Positions 38,369 through 47,638 are shown, counted from the first letter of the stretch. The stretch: 64,000 bases of DNA from an uncultured bacterium (GCA_949284685.1 CASDWE010000001.1:17216-81215), one strand, 5' to 3'. Translations and numbers: made by a program. Notes: generated by a model not told the origin, from the sequence alone.

Positions 38369-40286
38369 TAAAAATGTCGATTTACGAAATGTCGAAAAAC
38401 CAACTCCAAAAGTATTATTAAGATTAATTAAAGATATGATTAAAACATATCCTTGGACTTATAGTGCTATTTTAATTTTATTATTAATATCGACAGTTTG
38501 CAGTATTTCTAATACTGTTATGACTAATTATCTTGTTTCAAACGTCATTGAAGTTTTTCAAAATGAAATAATTGATTTTAACGAAGCTCATCAAAGATTA
38601 ATTTACTTAGTATTAGTGATGGTTGGCATATTTGTCGTTGGCACTCTTGCAATATTCTTTTATCAAAGATTGATTGCTATTACCGGACAAAAATTCATCA
38701 TGGATATTCGTATTAGAATGTTTAATAATATGGAAGATTTACCAATTAAATATTTTGATACTCATAAACATGGCGCGATTATGTCAACATACACAAATGA
38801 TGAAGATGCTTTATATCAATTAGCATCGATGACACTTCCACAATTATTGATGAATATTTTAACTATATTGATTTTATTCACAATTATGTTAATTTTTTCT
38901 ATCTATCTAGGATTGGTTGTCATTGGATTTTCTATATTGATGTTGTTTATTACTAGATGGTGTGGAAATATTTCTAGTAAATGTTTTCTTCAACAACAAA
39001 AAAATCTTGCTGCTGTGGAAGGATATGTTGAAGAAATGCTCGGTGGTTTAAAAGTTGTTAAAGTATTTTGCCACGAGAAACAATCTTTAGATGGCTTTAA
39101 CAAAGTTAATAATGTCTTTTTTAATTATGGTGAAAAAGGAAATAAATACACCAATATTTTAATGCCAATATTAAATAACACTGGACATTTAATGTATATT
39201 TGCACCGCTATTTTAGGTGGATTATTAATTGTTTTTAGAATAGATAATTTAACAGTAACTGGTTTTGAACCAATTTCTATTGCCACTATTATTTCTTTTC
39301 TTTTAATTGCTAGACAATTTTCAGGAGCGGTAAGCCAAGCTTCTAGCCAATTTAACGCTGTTATTTTAGGGATGGCAGGTGCAACAAGAATTTATAATTT
39401 AATTGATGAACCAAAAGAAGTTGATAATGGTTATGTTAAATTAGTTAATGCTGAAATCGATCAAGATGGAAATATTAAAGAAGTTGATTACCGTACAGGC
39501 CAATGGGCTTGGAAACATCCTCATGGTGATGGAACTCTTACTTATACTCCACTTCGCGGAGATATTGTCTTAAAAGATGTTGATTTTGGATATACAGAAA
39601 ATCATATAGTTTTACATGATATTAATGTTTACGCTCATGCTGGACAAAAAATTGCATTTGTCGGCTCGACTGGCGCAGGTAAAACAACGATAACAAATTT
39701 GATTAATCGTTTTTATGACATTGCCGATGGAAAAATTAGATACGATGAAATAAACATTAACAAAATCAAAAAAGGTGATTTAAGAGCGTCTCTTGGGATG
39801 GTTTTACAAGATACAAATCTTTTTTCCACGACAATTATGGAAAATATACGTTACGGAAAATTAGATGCGACAGACGAAGAATGTATAGCAGCGGCGAAAT
39901 TAGCTAACGCTGATGATTTTATTAGAAGATTGCCTAATGGTTATCAAACTATGTTAACAAGCGATGGTACTAATTTAAGTCAAGGACAAAGACAACTACT
40001 ATCTATTGCACGTGCGGCCGTAGCTAATCCACCAGTTTTAATTTTAGATGAAGCAACATCTAGTATTGATACAAGAACCGAAGCTCTTATTCAAAAAGGT
40101 ATGGATGCCTTAATGAAAGGAAGAACAGTATTTGTCATTGCTCATAGATTATCTACGATTAGAAATTCAGATGCCATCATGGTTTTAGACCATGGGCGAA
40201 TCATTGAACGCGGAACACACGAAGATTTATTAAAGAAAAAAGGCACTTATTATCAGTTATATACAGGTAATCTAGAATTAGAATAA
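38361..40286 (+). CDS. ABC transporter permease/ATP-binding protein, partner half (LmrD/YheH-like)
   Basis: TM domain plus NBD (GSTGAGKTT, LSQGQRQLLSIARA). It overlaps the upstream gene by 8 nt. Confidence 0.8.
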   Translation: MTNKNVDLRNVEKPTPKVLLRLIKDMIKTYPWTYSAILILLLISTVCSISNTVMTNYLVSNVIEVFQNEIIDFNEAHQRLIYLVLVMVGIFVVGTLAIFFYQRLIAITGQKFIMDIRIRMFNNMEDLPIKYFDTHKHGAIMSTYTNDEDALYQLASMTLPQLLMNILTILILFTIMLIFSIYLGLVVIGFSILMLFITRWCGNISSKCFLQQQKNLAAVEGYVEEMLGGLKVVKVFCHEKQSLDGFNKVNNVFFNYGEKGNKYTNILMPILNNTGHLMYICTAILGGLLIVFRIDNLTVTGFEPISIATIISFLLIARQFSGAVSQASSQFNAVILGMAGATRIYNLIDEPKEVDNGYVKLVNAEIDQDGNIKEVDYRTGQWAWKHPHGDGTLTYTPLRGDIVLKDVDFGYTENHIVLHDINVYAHAGQKIAFVGSTGAGKTTITNLINRFYDIADGKIRYDEININKIKKGDLRASLGMVLQDTNLFSTTIMENIRYGKLDATDEECIAAAKLANADDFIRRLPNGYQTMLTSDGTNLSQGQRQLLSIARAAVANPPVLILDEATSSIDTRTEALIQKGMDALMKGRTVFVIAHRLSTIRNSDAIMVLDHGRIIERGTHEDLLKKKGTYYQLYTGNLELE

Positions 40287-40293
40287 TAAAAAT

Positions 40294-40333
40294 AAACTGT
40301 TTGAAACCTACAAAGTTAAAAACAGTTTTTTTG
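40294..40333 (+). terminator. Probable rho-independent terminator of the ABC exporter operon
   Basis: The arms AAACTGTTT and AAACAGTTT are followed by TTTTTT. Confidence 0.45.
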
Positions 40334-40357
40334 TGTTAAAAAACATATAAAAAAGAA

Positions 40358-40413
40358 TAATAAGTTGTAAAAATGTGTAAATCTATTCAAAAATAAGTTG
40401 TAAAAATGTGTAA
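40358..40413. repeat. Tandem direct repeat of a 22-23-bp unit, AATAAGTTGTAAAAATGTGTAA, present twice and spaced ~10 bp apart
   Basis: Copies at 40358-40380 and 40391-40413, in the convergent intergenic region between the ABC exporter and the alcohol dehydrogenase gene. Confidence 0.6.
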
Positions 40414-40536
40414 TTAACAATGATTATATACAAAATAAAAGTAATATTTTTTCCATTTTAAGTAATTCTGTTAATTTAAAAAATAGTAGGATTCCATTAT
40501 TTTTTAATTTATTAATTTCTCGCGTTTACTATTTAT

Positions 40537-41709
40537 TTATTCGTGATATGAATTTAATAATATTTGTTTAATATCTTGTTTAGAAAGAGTTTTATATCCG
40601 CCAGTGTTAGAAAAACAAGAATTAGCAATGTCATCAATCATATCTTTTTTAACACCCAATTCCTTGATATTTAAAACCACTCCTATTTCTTTCATGTATT
40701 GTTCCAATTTATCAATACCTTCGCTAGCGATTTGTTTATCTGTTTTGTTAGCGGGATCGACATTAAAAACATTTAAAGCAAAACGTTTAAATTTTAAAAG
40801 ACCATCATCCATTATATAGCGATAATAAGCAATAGAAACCGCAGATAAAGTCATTCCATGTGTCGCATTAGTAAACGCTCCGATTTGTTGTCCAATCATA
40901 TGGACTTCCCAATCTGTAGTTTTCCCTTTTGCCACTAATGTGTTTAATGCCCAGGTGGCAATCCACATAATATTACTTCTAGCTTCATAATTTAAAGGAT
41001 CTTTAACTGCAATTAAGCTCGAATGAATTAAACTTTTCATTAATCCTTCCATTAAATAATCGGAAGTATTGTCATCAAAATCAGAAAAATATTGTTCCAT
41101 GATATGTGAAAAAGTATCAAAAATCCCTGCAATCATTTGATAATGTGGAACAGTGTAAGTTAATTTTGGATTTAAAATAGCAAATTTTGGAAAAACATTT
41201 TCATTAAATACATGACCAATTTTTAATTTTTCTTTTTGATTGGTAATGACCGCTCCGCCATTCATTTCTGAACCAGTACCAACCATCGTTAAAACACATC
41301 CGACTGGGACGATTTTATTATCGACATCTTCCATTCTCGCATAATATTTTTCCCACGGATCTTCCTTACAATAAATAGAAACAGATAAAGCTTTGCTATA
41401 ATCGATAACTGAACCACCGCCAATGGCTAAAATCATATCAATATTATTATCTCTTGCTATTTTTATTCCTTCATAAAGTTTATCAAGCGTTGGATTTGGC
41501 ATAACTCCAGCATCTTCAAACACTATTTTGTCATTATTTTTTAAGATTTTTATTATTTCATCATATAATCCGATTCTTTTAATAGAACCACCACCATAAA
41601 CAAGCAAAACTCTTTTTCCATAATTTTTTAATTCTTTATTTAAACCATCTAATGCATTTTCCCCAAAATACAATTTTGTGGGATTACAATACGTAAAATT
41701 TCCTAACAT
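40537..41709 (-). CDS. Iron-containing (group III) alcohol dehydrogenase
   Basis: 390-aa Fe-ADH family protein (GGGSVID-type motif). Confidence 0.8.
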   Translation of the reverse strand: MLGNFTYCNPTKLYFGENALDGLNKELKNYGKRVLLVYGGGSIKRIGLYDEIIKILKNNDKIVFEDAGVMPNPTLDKLYEGIKIARDNNIDMILAIGGGSVIDYSKALSVSIYCKEDPWEKYYARMEDVDNKIVPVGCVLTMVGTGSEMNGGAVITNQKEKLKIGHVFNENVFPKFAILNPKLTYTVPHYQMIAGIFDTFSHIMEQYFSDFDDNTSDYLMEGLMKSLIHSSLIAVKDPLNYEARSNIMWIATWALNTLVAKGKTTDWEVHMIGQQIGAFTNATHGMTLSAVSIAYYRYIMDDGLLKFKRFALNVFNVDPANKTDKQIASEGIDKLEQYMKEIGVVLNIKELGVKKDMIDDIANSCFSNTGGYKTLSKQDIKQILLNSYHE

Positions 41710-41722
41710 AATAAATTCCTCC

Positions 41723-42070
41723 TTAATTGTTTTGCGTCCATTCGATTTTGTTTTTCAATCTTAAAGATGTTTCTTTTAATTTTTTTATTTGTTTATCAAT
41801 TTTAACTTTTTCTTTTTTTAACAAATCAATTCTTTCTTTTTTACTATCTTTACCAAGTCTTAACAACTTCATATATTTTTTAATTGTTTCTATTGAAACA
41901 CCAGAATTTCTCAAGCAAACAACAAATTCAATAGCTTTTTCATCATCGCTTGTAAAATTTCTAATTCCATTACTATCTTTTTTAACAGGTGGTATCAAAC
42001 CTTCGCTTTCATAATAACGAATAGTGGATGCATTAATATTATATTTTTTTGCCATTTCTTTAATTAACAT
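41723..42070 (-). CDS. MerR-family regulator of the AdhR/NmlR type, with a conserved Cys at position 52
   Basis: 115 aa with an N-terminal MerR HTH, Cys52 in FVVCLRNSG, and a coiled-coil dimerisation helix. It has no C-terminal metal-binding cysteines, and an alcohol dehydrogenase gene lies directly downstream. Confidence 0.6.
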   Translation of the reverse strand: MLIKEMAKKYNINASTIRYYESEGLIPPVKKDSNGIRNFTSDDEKAIEFVVCLRNSGVSIETIKKYMKLLRLGKDSKKERIDLLKKEKVKIDKQIKKLKETSLRLKNKIEWTQNN

Positions 42071-42097
42071 AAAAGCCTCCCTATTATCTTACAATTA

Positions 42098-42129
42098 ATT
42101 AATACCACTTAAAGTCGACTTTATGTCAA
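42098..42129 (-). promoter_or_regulatory. MerR-type promoter: TTGACA, a 19-bp spacer containing the palindrome TAAAGTCGACTTTA, then TATTAAT
   Basis: Minus strand: -35 TTGACA (42129-42124) and -10 TATTAA (42104-42099), with exactly 19 nt between them. The perfect 14-bp palindrome at 42110-42123 lies inside the spacer. Confidence 0.6.
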
Positions 42130-42137
42130 TAATTAAA

Positions 42138-42959
42138 TTATATAAAAAGCAAAAAAGCAGTAATTGCTAAACCTAATATGATATAAATAAACGAATATTT
42201 GCTTTTATATTGATAATAGCTCTGCGGTATTAATTCAATAAATAAAACATATAATAAAGAGCCAGTTGATACGCTTAACATCGCACCTTTTGTAATATCA
42301 TTAATATTAATATTTGAAACAAAATAACCAACAATTGCAAAAATATAAGCAATTAATGCAGTAATAAGTGGCGTAAATAAACAATATAATTTGTTTTTAT
42401 TAATTTCTTTTAAAGAAGAAGATAAAGAATAACCAATAATCAAATTATGAAGAAACAACACTATAGACATAATTAATCCTTCTAAAGGAAATGTCTCGTT
42501 ATTTAAAATAAATGACATTCCTAAAGATAGACCTTCGGGAATATTATGAATAAAAATTGCTAAAAGGAAAACAGCATTAGTTAATATTGATTTATTAGTG
42601 TCAATATCAATGATGTGAGCGTGATCTAAACAAGCAACCTTATCATCATTATCGTGATGATGGTGTTTACTAAAATGATGAATTAATTCATGTGAAATAT
42701 AAAATAACAATCCAACACCAACAATGATTAATAATGAATAAACGCTGCCTAGGATGTTATTATCAACACCAACAATAAATAATTCAATCGATTCTTTAAA
42801 TAATTCTAAAAATAAAAAACTAACAATTGCTCCTAAAGAAAAATTATTTAAAAACTTAATAAATTCCTTATTAATATTTTGAAGATATATTGCAATTAAT
42901 CCACCCAAAAAAGTAGATAAAATCGTCGCACAAAAAGAAAATAAAAACATGTAAATCAT
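42138..42959 (-). CDS. ZIP-family divalent metal transporter (ZupT-like)
   Basis: 273 aa with about 8 TM helices and a His-rich loop (HHFSKHHHHDNDDK). Confidence 0.7.
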   Translation of the reverse strand: MIYMFLFSFCATILSTFLGGLIAIYLQNINKEFIKFLNNFSLGAIVSFLFLELFKESIELFIVGVDNNILGSVYSLLIIVGVGLLFYISHELIHHFSKHHHHDNDDKVACLDHAHIIDIDTNKSILTNAVFLLAIFIHNIPEGLSLGMSFILNNETFPLEGLIMSIVLFLHNLIIGYSLSSSLKEINKNKLYCLFTPLITALIAYIFAIVGYFVSNININDITKGAMLSVSTGSLLYVLFIELIPQSYYQYKSKYSFIYIILGLAITAFLLFI

Positions 42960-42985
42960 AAAATTAATTATATATTAATTTGTTA

Positions 42986-45016
42986 TTAATGATGATTTAA
43001 TTTTCTTCTTTTCACTATGATGATAACAAATGTAATAGTAAGCGCTAATGCAAATAAACTTATAGATAAAATAATTATAAAATGATTATCGTTAATCAAA
43101 ATTAAATTTGGCGTTGAATCAATTATAGAGCGATTCATAAAATTATTTAAATTGTATTTATCGACAATATAATCATATTTTTCAATTGCAGTTAAAATAT
43201 CATTATTATCACTGCCTTCTTTAAAATATTTTTGTGCTTCACTACTTAGATTTAAAAATTTTGTGCTTAAAGAATTCCAAGCATTTGTTAATTCATCTAA
43301 GTTAGTGTTTCCATCATAATCACAAATATTAGAAATTTGATTATTAAAATCTTTAGCAAAACTAATCGCCATATCTAGATCCGAATTTTGTTTAACTAAA
43401 CGATATAAAGCGATCGGTTCTTGGTTTGTATAACTTCCTGACTTGTAATATCTAAAACGCATTTGACCGCTGTCACCATTAAATCTTAAGTGGGTTTGGC
43501 TTGCTTTTGATATTATTTCAACATTTCCATTAACATATTCAATCATGTTAGTAACACTACTTGAAAGTGTTGAAGAAGTTAATAATCCGTTGCTATTGCT
43601 ACTTTGATAAATATACTGACCTAAACTTGAACAAATCGAATAACCATCATTATAAGAAGTAATAGTAAAAACTGAATTATCTAAGTTTGAATTATATTCA
43701 ATCGTTTCATCATTAATATCGACATTAATATAATTATTGACAACATCTAGTTTAGATAAACCGCTGTTAAATGCATAAGATAAGCTTTCATTTACTATAA
43801 GATATGTGCCAGAATAATCATCTAAACTTGTCACTTTTTCAAATACCGATTTTGTAATAACTTTATCCACTACTTCTATGTTATATGAACAAGAAAAATC
43901 ATAACTTAGAGAATTGATAACTACTTCCTTAGTTCCTAAACTAGTCATATTAGGAGCAACCACATTATAATCATCGGTGGCTATTCTTTTCCCGTTTTCA
44001 TAAACATAATAAACTTTCAATCCATCATAATTAAAACTTGAATTTAAAGAAAATTCTAATTGGCAAGAATCAACATTTATTTCCATATCGACAGGATCTT
44101 CATCAATAATTTGACTATCGCCCCAAATATAATCGATATATTCTGGATGGTCAATAAACGGATTTCGATTTCCTTGATAAATAGCAACTTGCTCATTTCT
44201 TGTAGTTTCAATTGAATCAACAGGATCTAAACTATTCCATTCCACTAATAAATCAAAGGCCTCATCAGCGGTTGGTTCATCAATGATATTAGTAATGATA
44301 AGTGGCTTGCTAGCATTAGCGCCACTTTCGTTATAAGAAGCACTGCTACCACCTAAATATGAACGGGTGTTATAGTGCATATACATGTATAAAACAATTC
44401 TTGCTACATCACCTTTAACTTCATCATGAGGTTCAAAAGTATTTCCGCTTGAATAAGCAATCAAATCACCATCGATATAACCACCCCAAGTAGAACCACC
44501 ATTAACTTCACCATATAACTTATTGTTTCTAGAAGAATTTAAACCAGAAAGAACAGGTCTAATGTGGTGCATGTCAGCACCCCCATATGATTCACCATAT
44601 AAATTATCATCACCACTTGTCGTATAACCTGTTAAAGACTGTGCCCAAACATGTTCACGATTATATGTGGCTCCTTTATCCCAAGTTACATTAATTGCCC
44701 GATGAGTATAAAAATCGATAATATATCCGCTTTTATTTGGATATGGATCAGTATATCTTTGATATTCATTAACACCACTATCATCATAAGAAGTGTACGT
44801 TTTATGAGTTTCATACATTAAATCATGAAGACCTAATAACAAATCTTCACCTGTTAAATTTGAAACATCATGATAATACGTGTTAACATCTGTTTGATAG
44901 TTGCCAACTCTAGCTTCCACCTTATTTAAATTAATGTTTTGATTGGATAAAAAAGGCGTTGCAAAAATTAACCCAAAAGTAAGAATAGATAATATTATTT
45001 TATGATTATTTTTCAT
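42986..45016 (-). CDS. Secreted, C-terminally membrane-anchored endonuclease I-family nuclease with a large C-terminal extension
   Basis: Signal peptide, then an Endonuclease_1-like core (REHVWAQS, ADMHHIRP, GNRNPFIDHPEY), a ~330-aa extra domain and a terminal TM plus basic tail (IIILSISLFALALTITFVIIIVKRRK). Confidence 0.6.
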   Translation of the reverse strand: MKNNHKIILSILTFGLIFATPFLSNQNINLNKVEARVGNYQTDVNTYYHDVSNLTGEDLLLGLHDLMYETHKTYTSYDDSGVNEYQRYTDPYPNKSGYIIDFYTHRAINVTWDKGATYNREHVWAQSLTGYTTSGDDNLYGESYGGADMHHIRPVLSGLNSSRNNKLYGEVNGGSTWGGYIDGDLIAYSSGNTFEPHDEVKGDVARIVLYMYMHYNTRSYLGGSSASYNESGANASKPLIITNIIDEPTADEAFDLLVEWNSLDPVDSIETTRNEQVAIYQGNRNPFIDHPEYIDYIWGDSQIIDEDPVDMEINVDSCQLEFSLNSSFNYDGLKVYYVYENGKRIATDDYNVVAPNMTSLGTKEVVINSLSYDFSCSYNIEVVDKVITKSVFEKVTSLDDYSGTYLIVNESLSYAFNSGLSKLDVVNNYINVDINDETIEYNSNLDNSVFTITSYNDGYSICSSLGQYIYQSSNSNGLLTSSTLSSSVTNMIEYVNGNVEIISKASQTHLRFNGDSGQMRFRYYKSGSYTNQEPIALYRLVKQNSDLDMAISFAKDFNNQISNICDYDGNTNLDELTNAWNSLSTKFLNLSSEAQKYFKEGSDNNDILTAIEKYDYIVDKYNLNNFMNRSIIDSTPNLILINDNHFIIILSISLFALALTITFVIIIVKRRKLNHH

Positions 45017-45019
45017 TTT

Positions 45020-45271
45020 TTATCCTTTAAGACCGCGCGATTGACGATCCATATCTTCAACGACTATATCGTATATTTCTCCTAATGTAGCGCAATATTT
45101 TAATAAATCCCATGGTTCATTTGTGTGAAAATGAATTTTAATTAGTTCATCATCACCCACTGCTAATAAGCAGTCACCTTTAAAATTTTCGGTTATGTAA
45201 TCATTTATTTTATCTTCATCTAAATCTTTACCCTCAATTAATAATTGGGTGTCATAACGAAATTCTAACAT
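45020..45271 (-). pseudogene. Short ORF (83 aa) resembling the C-terminal end of a DAK2-domain fatty-acid kinase (FakA/YloV-like); possible gene remnant
   Basis: LLAVGDDELIKIHFHTNEPWDLLKYCATLGEIYDIVVEDM resembles the C-terminal segment of YloV/FakA-type proteins. No upstream Dak2 domain is present, and it lies next to fakB/DegV. Confidence 0.3.
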
Positions 45272-45311
45272 TTATATTACCTCCATAATGTAACTTAATT
45301 TTAACACAAAA

Positions 45312-45818
45312 TTATTTTTCCAAAAAATTTATTTCTTTGACATCGTCTTTAATTAAATAACACATTTCTTCGTGCACGTCATTATTAGTAGCGATGTTTC
45401 TAACATCCATTTTCATATATTTTACTTGTGCTTTTGCTAATTCGTTACCATATTCATCAAAAATAAAAGTGTCAATATCAATAAATAGTTTGCTATTAAA
45501 AGTAACAATACCTTTTCCAATTAATTTTTGATTATATGGAACTGGTTTTTTAAATTTGACCGACATTGAAGTAGTTACACCAAAACTATTTTCACCTTCT
45601 AATGCCCATAACGCTCTTAAACCTAATTCATCTAACATTGTTGATATTAATCCACCATGAACACGATTAGGAAATGATTGATGTTCTTCTTTATATGAAA
45701 ACATACACATCACGCTTTTATCTTCCATATTATAAAATTGAACTTTTAATCCTATTGGATTATCCATTCCACAAATAAAACACATTTTAGAATTAGTTTG
45801 TTTAGATATAACTTTCAT
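45312..45818 (-). CDS. PaaI-family (hotdog-fold) thioesterase
   Basis: 168 aa with an N-terminal CxxC-like CFICG and the HGG motif (RVHGGLISTMLDE) typical of PaaI/YbgC thioesterases. Confidence 0.65.
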   Translation of the reverse strand: MKVISKQTNSKMCFICGMDNPIGLKVQFYNMEDKSVMCMFSYKEEHQSFPNRVHGGLISTMLDELGLRALWALEGENSFGVTTSMSVKFKKPVPYNQKLIGKGIVTFNSKLFIDIDTFIFDEYGNELAKAQVKYMKMDVRNIATNNDVHEEMCYLIKDDVKEINFLEK

Positions 45819-45823
45819 TTTTC

Positions 45824-46699
45824 TTATTTGTACAATTTCTTTGAAATAGTAACCGCTAAAGCGCCAGGACCAATATGGGTAGCTATTGAATATGATAATG
45901 GATTCATTTCAATATCTTCTTCATTAATATTTAACTTATTCGCTACTTCATGTTTAAACATTGAGGCGGCTTGCTCATCATATGTGTATGCAATTGCATA
46001 CACTAATTCATCATCTTTTAAATCTTTAAATTTAGTTTTTCGATCATTAATAACAGCGTCAATCATGACACTTTTGGCTTTTTTTGTTCCTAAGACTTTT
46101 TTATAAGCATCTAATTTCCCACCTAAAATTGTTAAAACTGGTTTTAGATGAAGAGCTTCACCTAGTGCTGCAGCAGCAGGAGTTACTCTTCCCCCTCTTT
46201 TTAAATATTTTAAGGTGTTGACCATAATATAAATAGATGAATTAAAAGATTCTTCTTCTAATATACTTTTTATTTTATTTCCATCATAACCTTGTTTTGC
46301 TAAATACATCGCATCACGAACTGCACTTTTTAAAGTAACACTGATACGATGATTATCAACAACAAATACTTTATTTTTAAATTGGTCATCTTTTGCAAGA
46401 CCTTCTGCAGTCATGCATCCTTCTGATAAACTACTAGACATTGGAATATGAACAATTTGATCATATTCTTTTAATAGTTTCTCCCACATATTCATTATTT
46501 CACCAGGAGAGGGTTGACTAGTTTTAACATTTTCAGTAGTCGCTAACTTATTATAAAATTCATCTTCAGTGATGGTATAATTTTGAAAATAATCTTTATC
46601 ATCAATGACGATTGGCATTCTAACAACAGATAAATTTAATTGTTTTATTTCATCTAAGGTAAATCCTGCATTTTGATCAGTAATTACACAAATCTTCAT
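45824..46699 (-). CDS. DegV-family fatty-acid-binding protein (FakB)
   Basis: 291-aa DegV domain (MKICVITDQNAGFTLDE...). Confidence 0.8.
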   Translation of the reverse strand: MKICVITDQNAGFTLDEIKQLNLSVVRMPIVIDDKDYFQNYTITEDEFYNKLATTENVKTSQPSPGEIMNMWEKLLKEYDQIVHIPMSSSLSEGCMTAEGLAKDDQFKNKVFVVDNHRISVTLKSAVRDAMYLAKQGYDGNKIKSILEEESFNSSIYIMVNTLKYLKRGGRVTPAAAALGEALHLKPVLTILGGKLDAYKKVLGTKKAKSVMIDAVINDRKTKFKDLKDDELVYAIAYTYDEQAASMFKHEVANKLNINEEDIEMNPLSYSIATHIGPGALAVTISKKLYK

Positions 46700-46867
46700 A
46701 AAATAACACTCCTTTTTACTGCCTTACTATATCATAGTAAAAAGAAATTTAAAACTATATATTCTATGATTGTTTATTAAAATCAAATAGATAATCAAGC
46801 AATAAAAACGGAATAGATATAATAGATAGAAATAAAAGATAGTCACAAGAATTGTATAAAGTAGTAA

Positions 46868-47501
46868 GTATTAGTGCTGATAAGAATTACATTACTCTCA
46901 AACGATAGACATCCAATTCAGCAAGTAGCCTTTTCGTATTAGTGCTGATAAGAATTACATTACTCTCAAACTTGAAGAGGCTAAAGATTTTGTAGAAAAT
47001 AGTATTAGTGCTGATAAGAATTACATTACTCTCAAACAATAATCAAGTAGAACAAGGTGATATTATTGTATTAGTGCTGATAAGAATTACATTACTCTCA
47101 AACAAAAGTTCTGAAGAGGTATTAAAGTAAACAGTATTAGTGCTGATAAGAATTACATTACTCTCAAACATATAATCCATTAATATATCCGACTTGGATG
47201 TATTAGTGCTGATAAGAATTACATTACTCTCAAACACCTATCTTTATGCTGTCTTGAAATAAGGGGTATTAGTGCTGATAAGAATTACATTACTCTCAAA
47301 CTAGTTGGTGAATATGGTGGCACGACCTTTCGGTATTAGTGCTGATAAGAATTACATTACTCTCAAACAATTTAAGGAGTAAAAAAAATGGAATTAGTTG
47401 TATTAGTGCTGATAAGAATTACATTACTCTCAAACACCTATCTTTATGCTGTCTTGAAATAAGGGGTATTAGTGCTGATAAGAATTACATTACTCTCAAA
47501 C
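46868..47501 (-). CRISPR. CRISPR array of 10 identical 36-bp repeats and 9 spacers (30-32 bp), transcribed on the minus strand from the csn2-side leader
   Basis: Plus-strand repeat GTATTAGTGCTGATAAGAATTACATTACTCTCAAAC, with repeat starts at 46868, 46936, 47002, 47068, 47134, 47200, 47266, 47333, 47400 and 47466. The minus-strand reading GTTTGAGAGTAATGTAATTCTTATCAGCACTAATAC has the type II-A GTTT(T/G)AGAG 5' signature. Confidence 0.95.
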
Positions 47502-47638
47502 CTCAAAAAAAATCCATGTTTTTAGACTATTTTTTCAGTACGAAAGCCAGAAATTCTTATTTTTTAACACAAAAAAATGTTTGAAAGATTTACATTACAA
47601 AATTATTATAACAAAATTTAAACAAAATAAATAAATAT
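47502..47638 (-). promoter_or_regulatory. CRISPR leader. It is AT-rich and contains one or two degenerate repeat-like elements.
   Basis: 137 bp between the csn2 stop and the first full repeat. GAAAGATTTACATTAC at ~47578-47600 matches the repeat core GATAAGAATTACATTAC. Confidence 0.6.

Noticed and set aside
47043-47584. Track ORFs 47043..47237 (-) and 47339..47584 (+) with internally repetitive peptides
   Set aside because: They are translations of the CRISPR repeats and spacers (for example the ESNVILISTN repeats) and are not genes.
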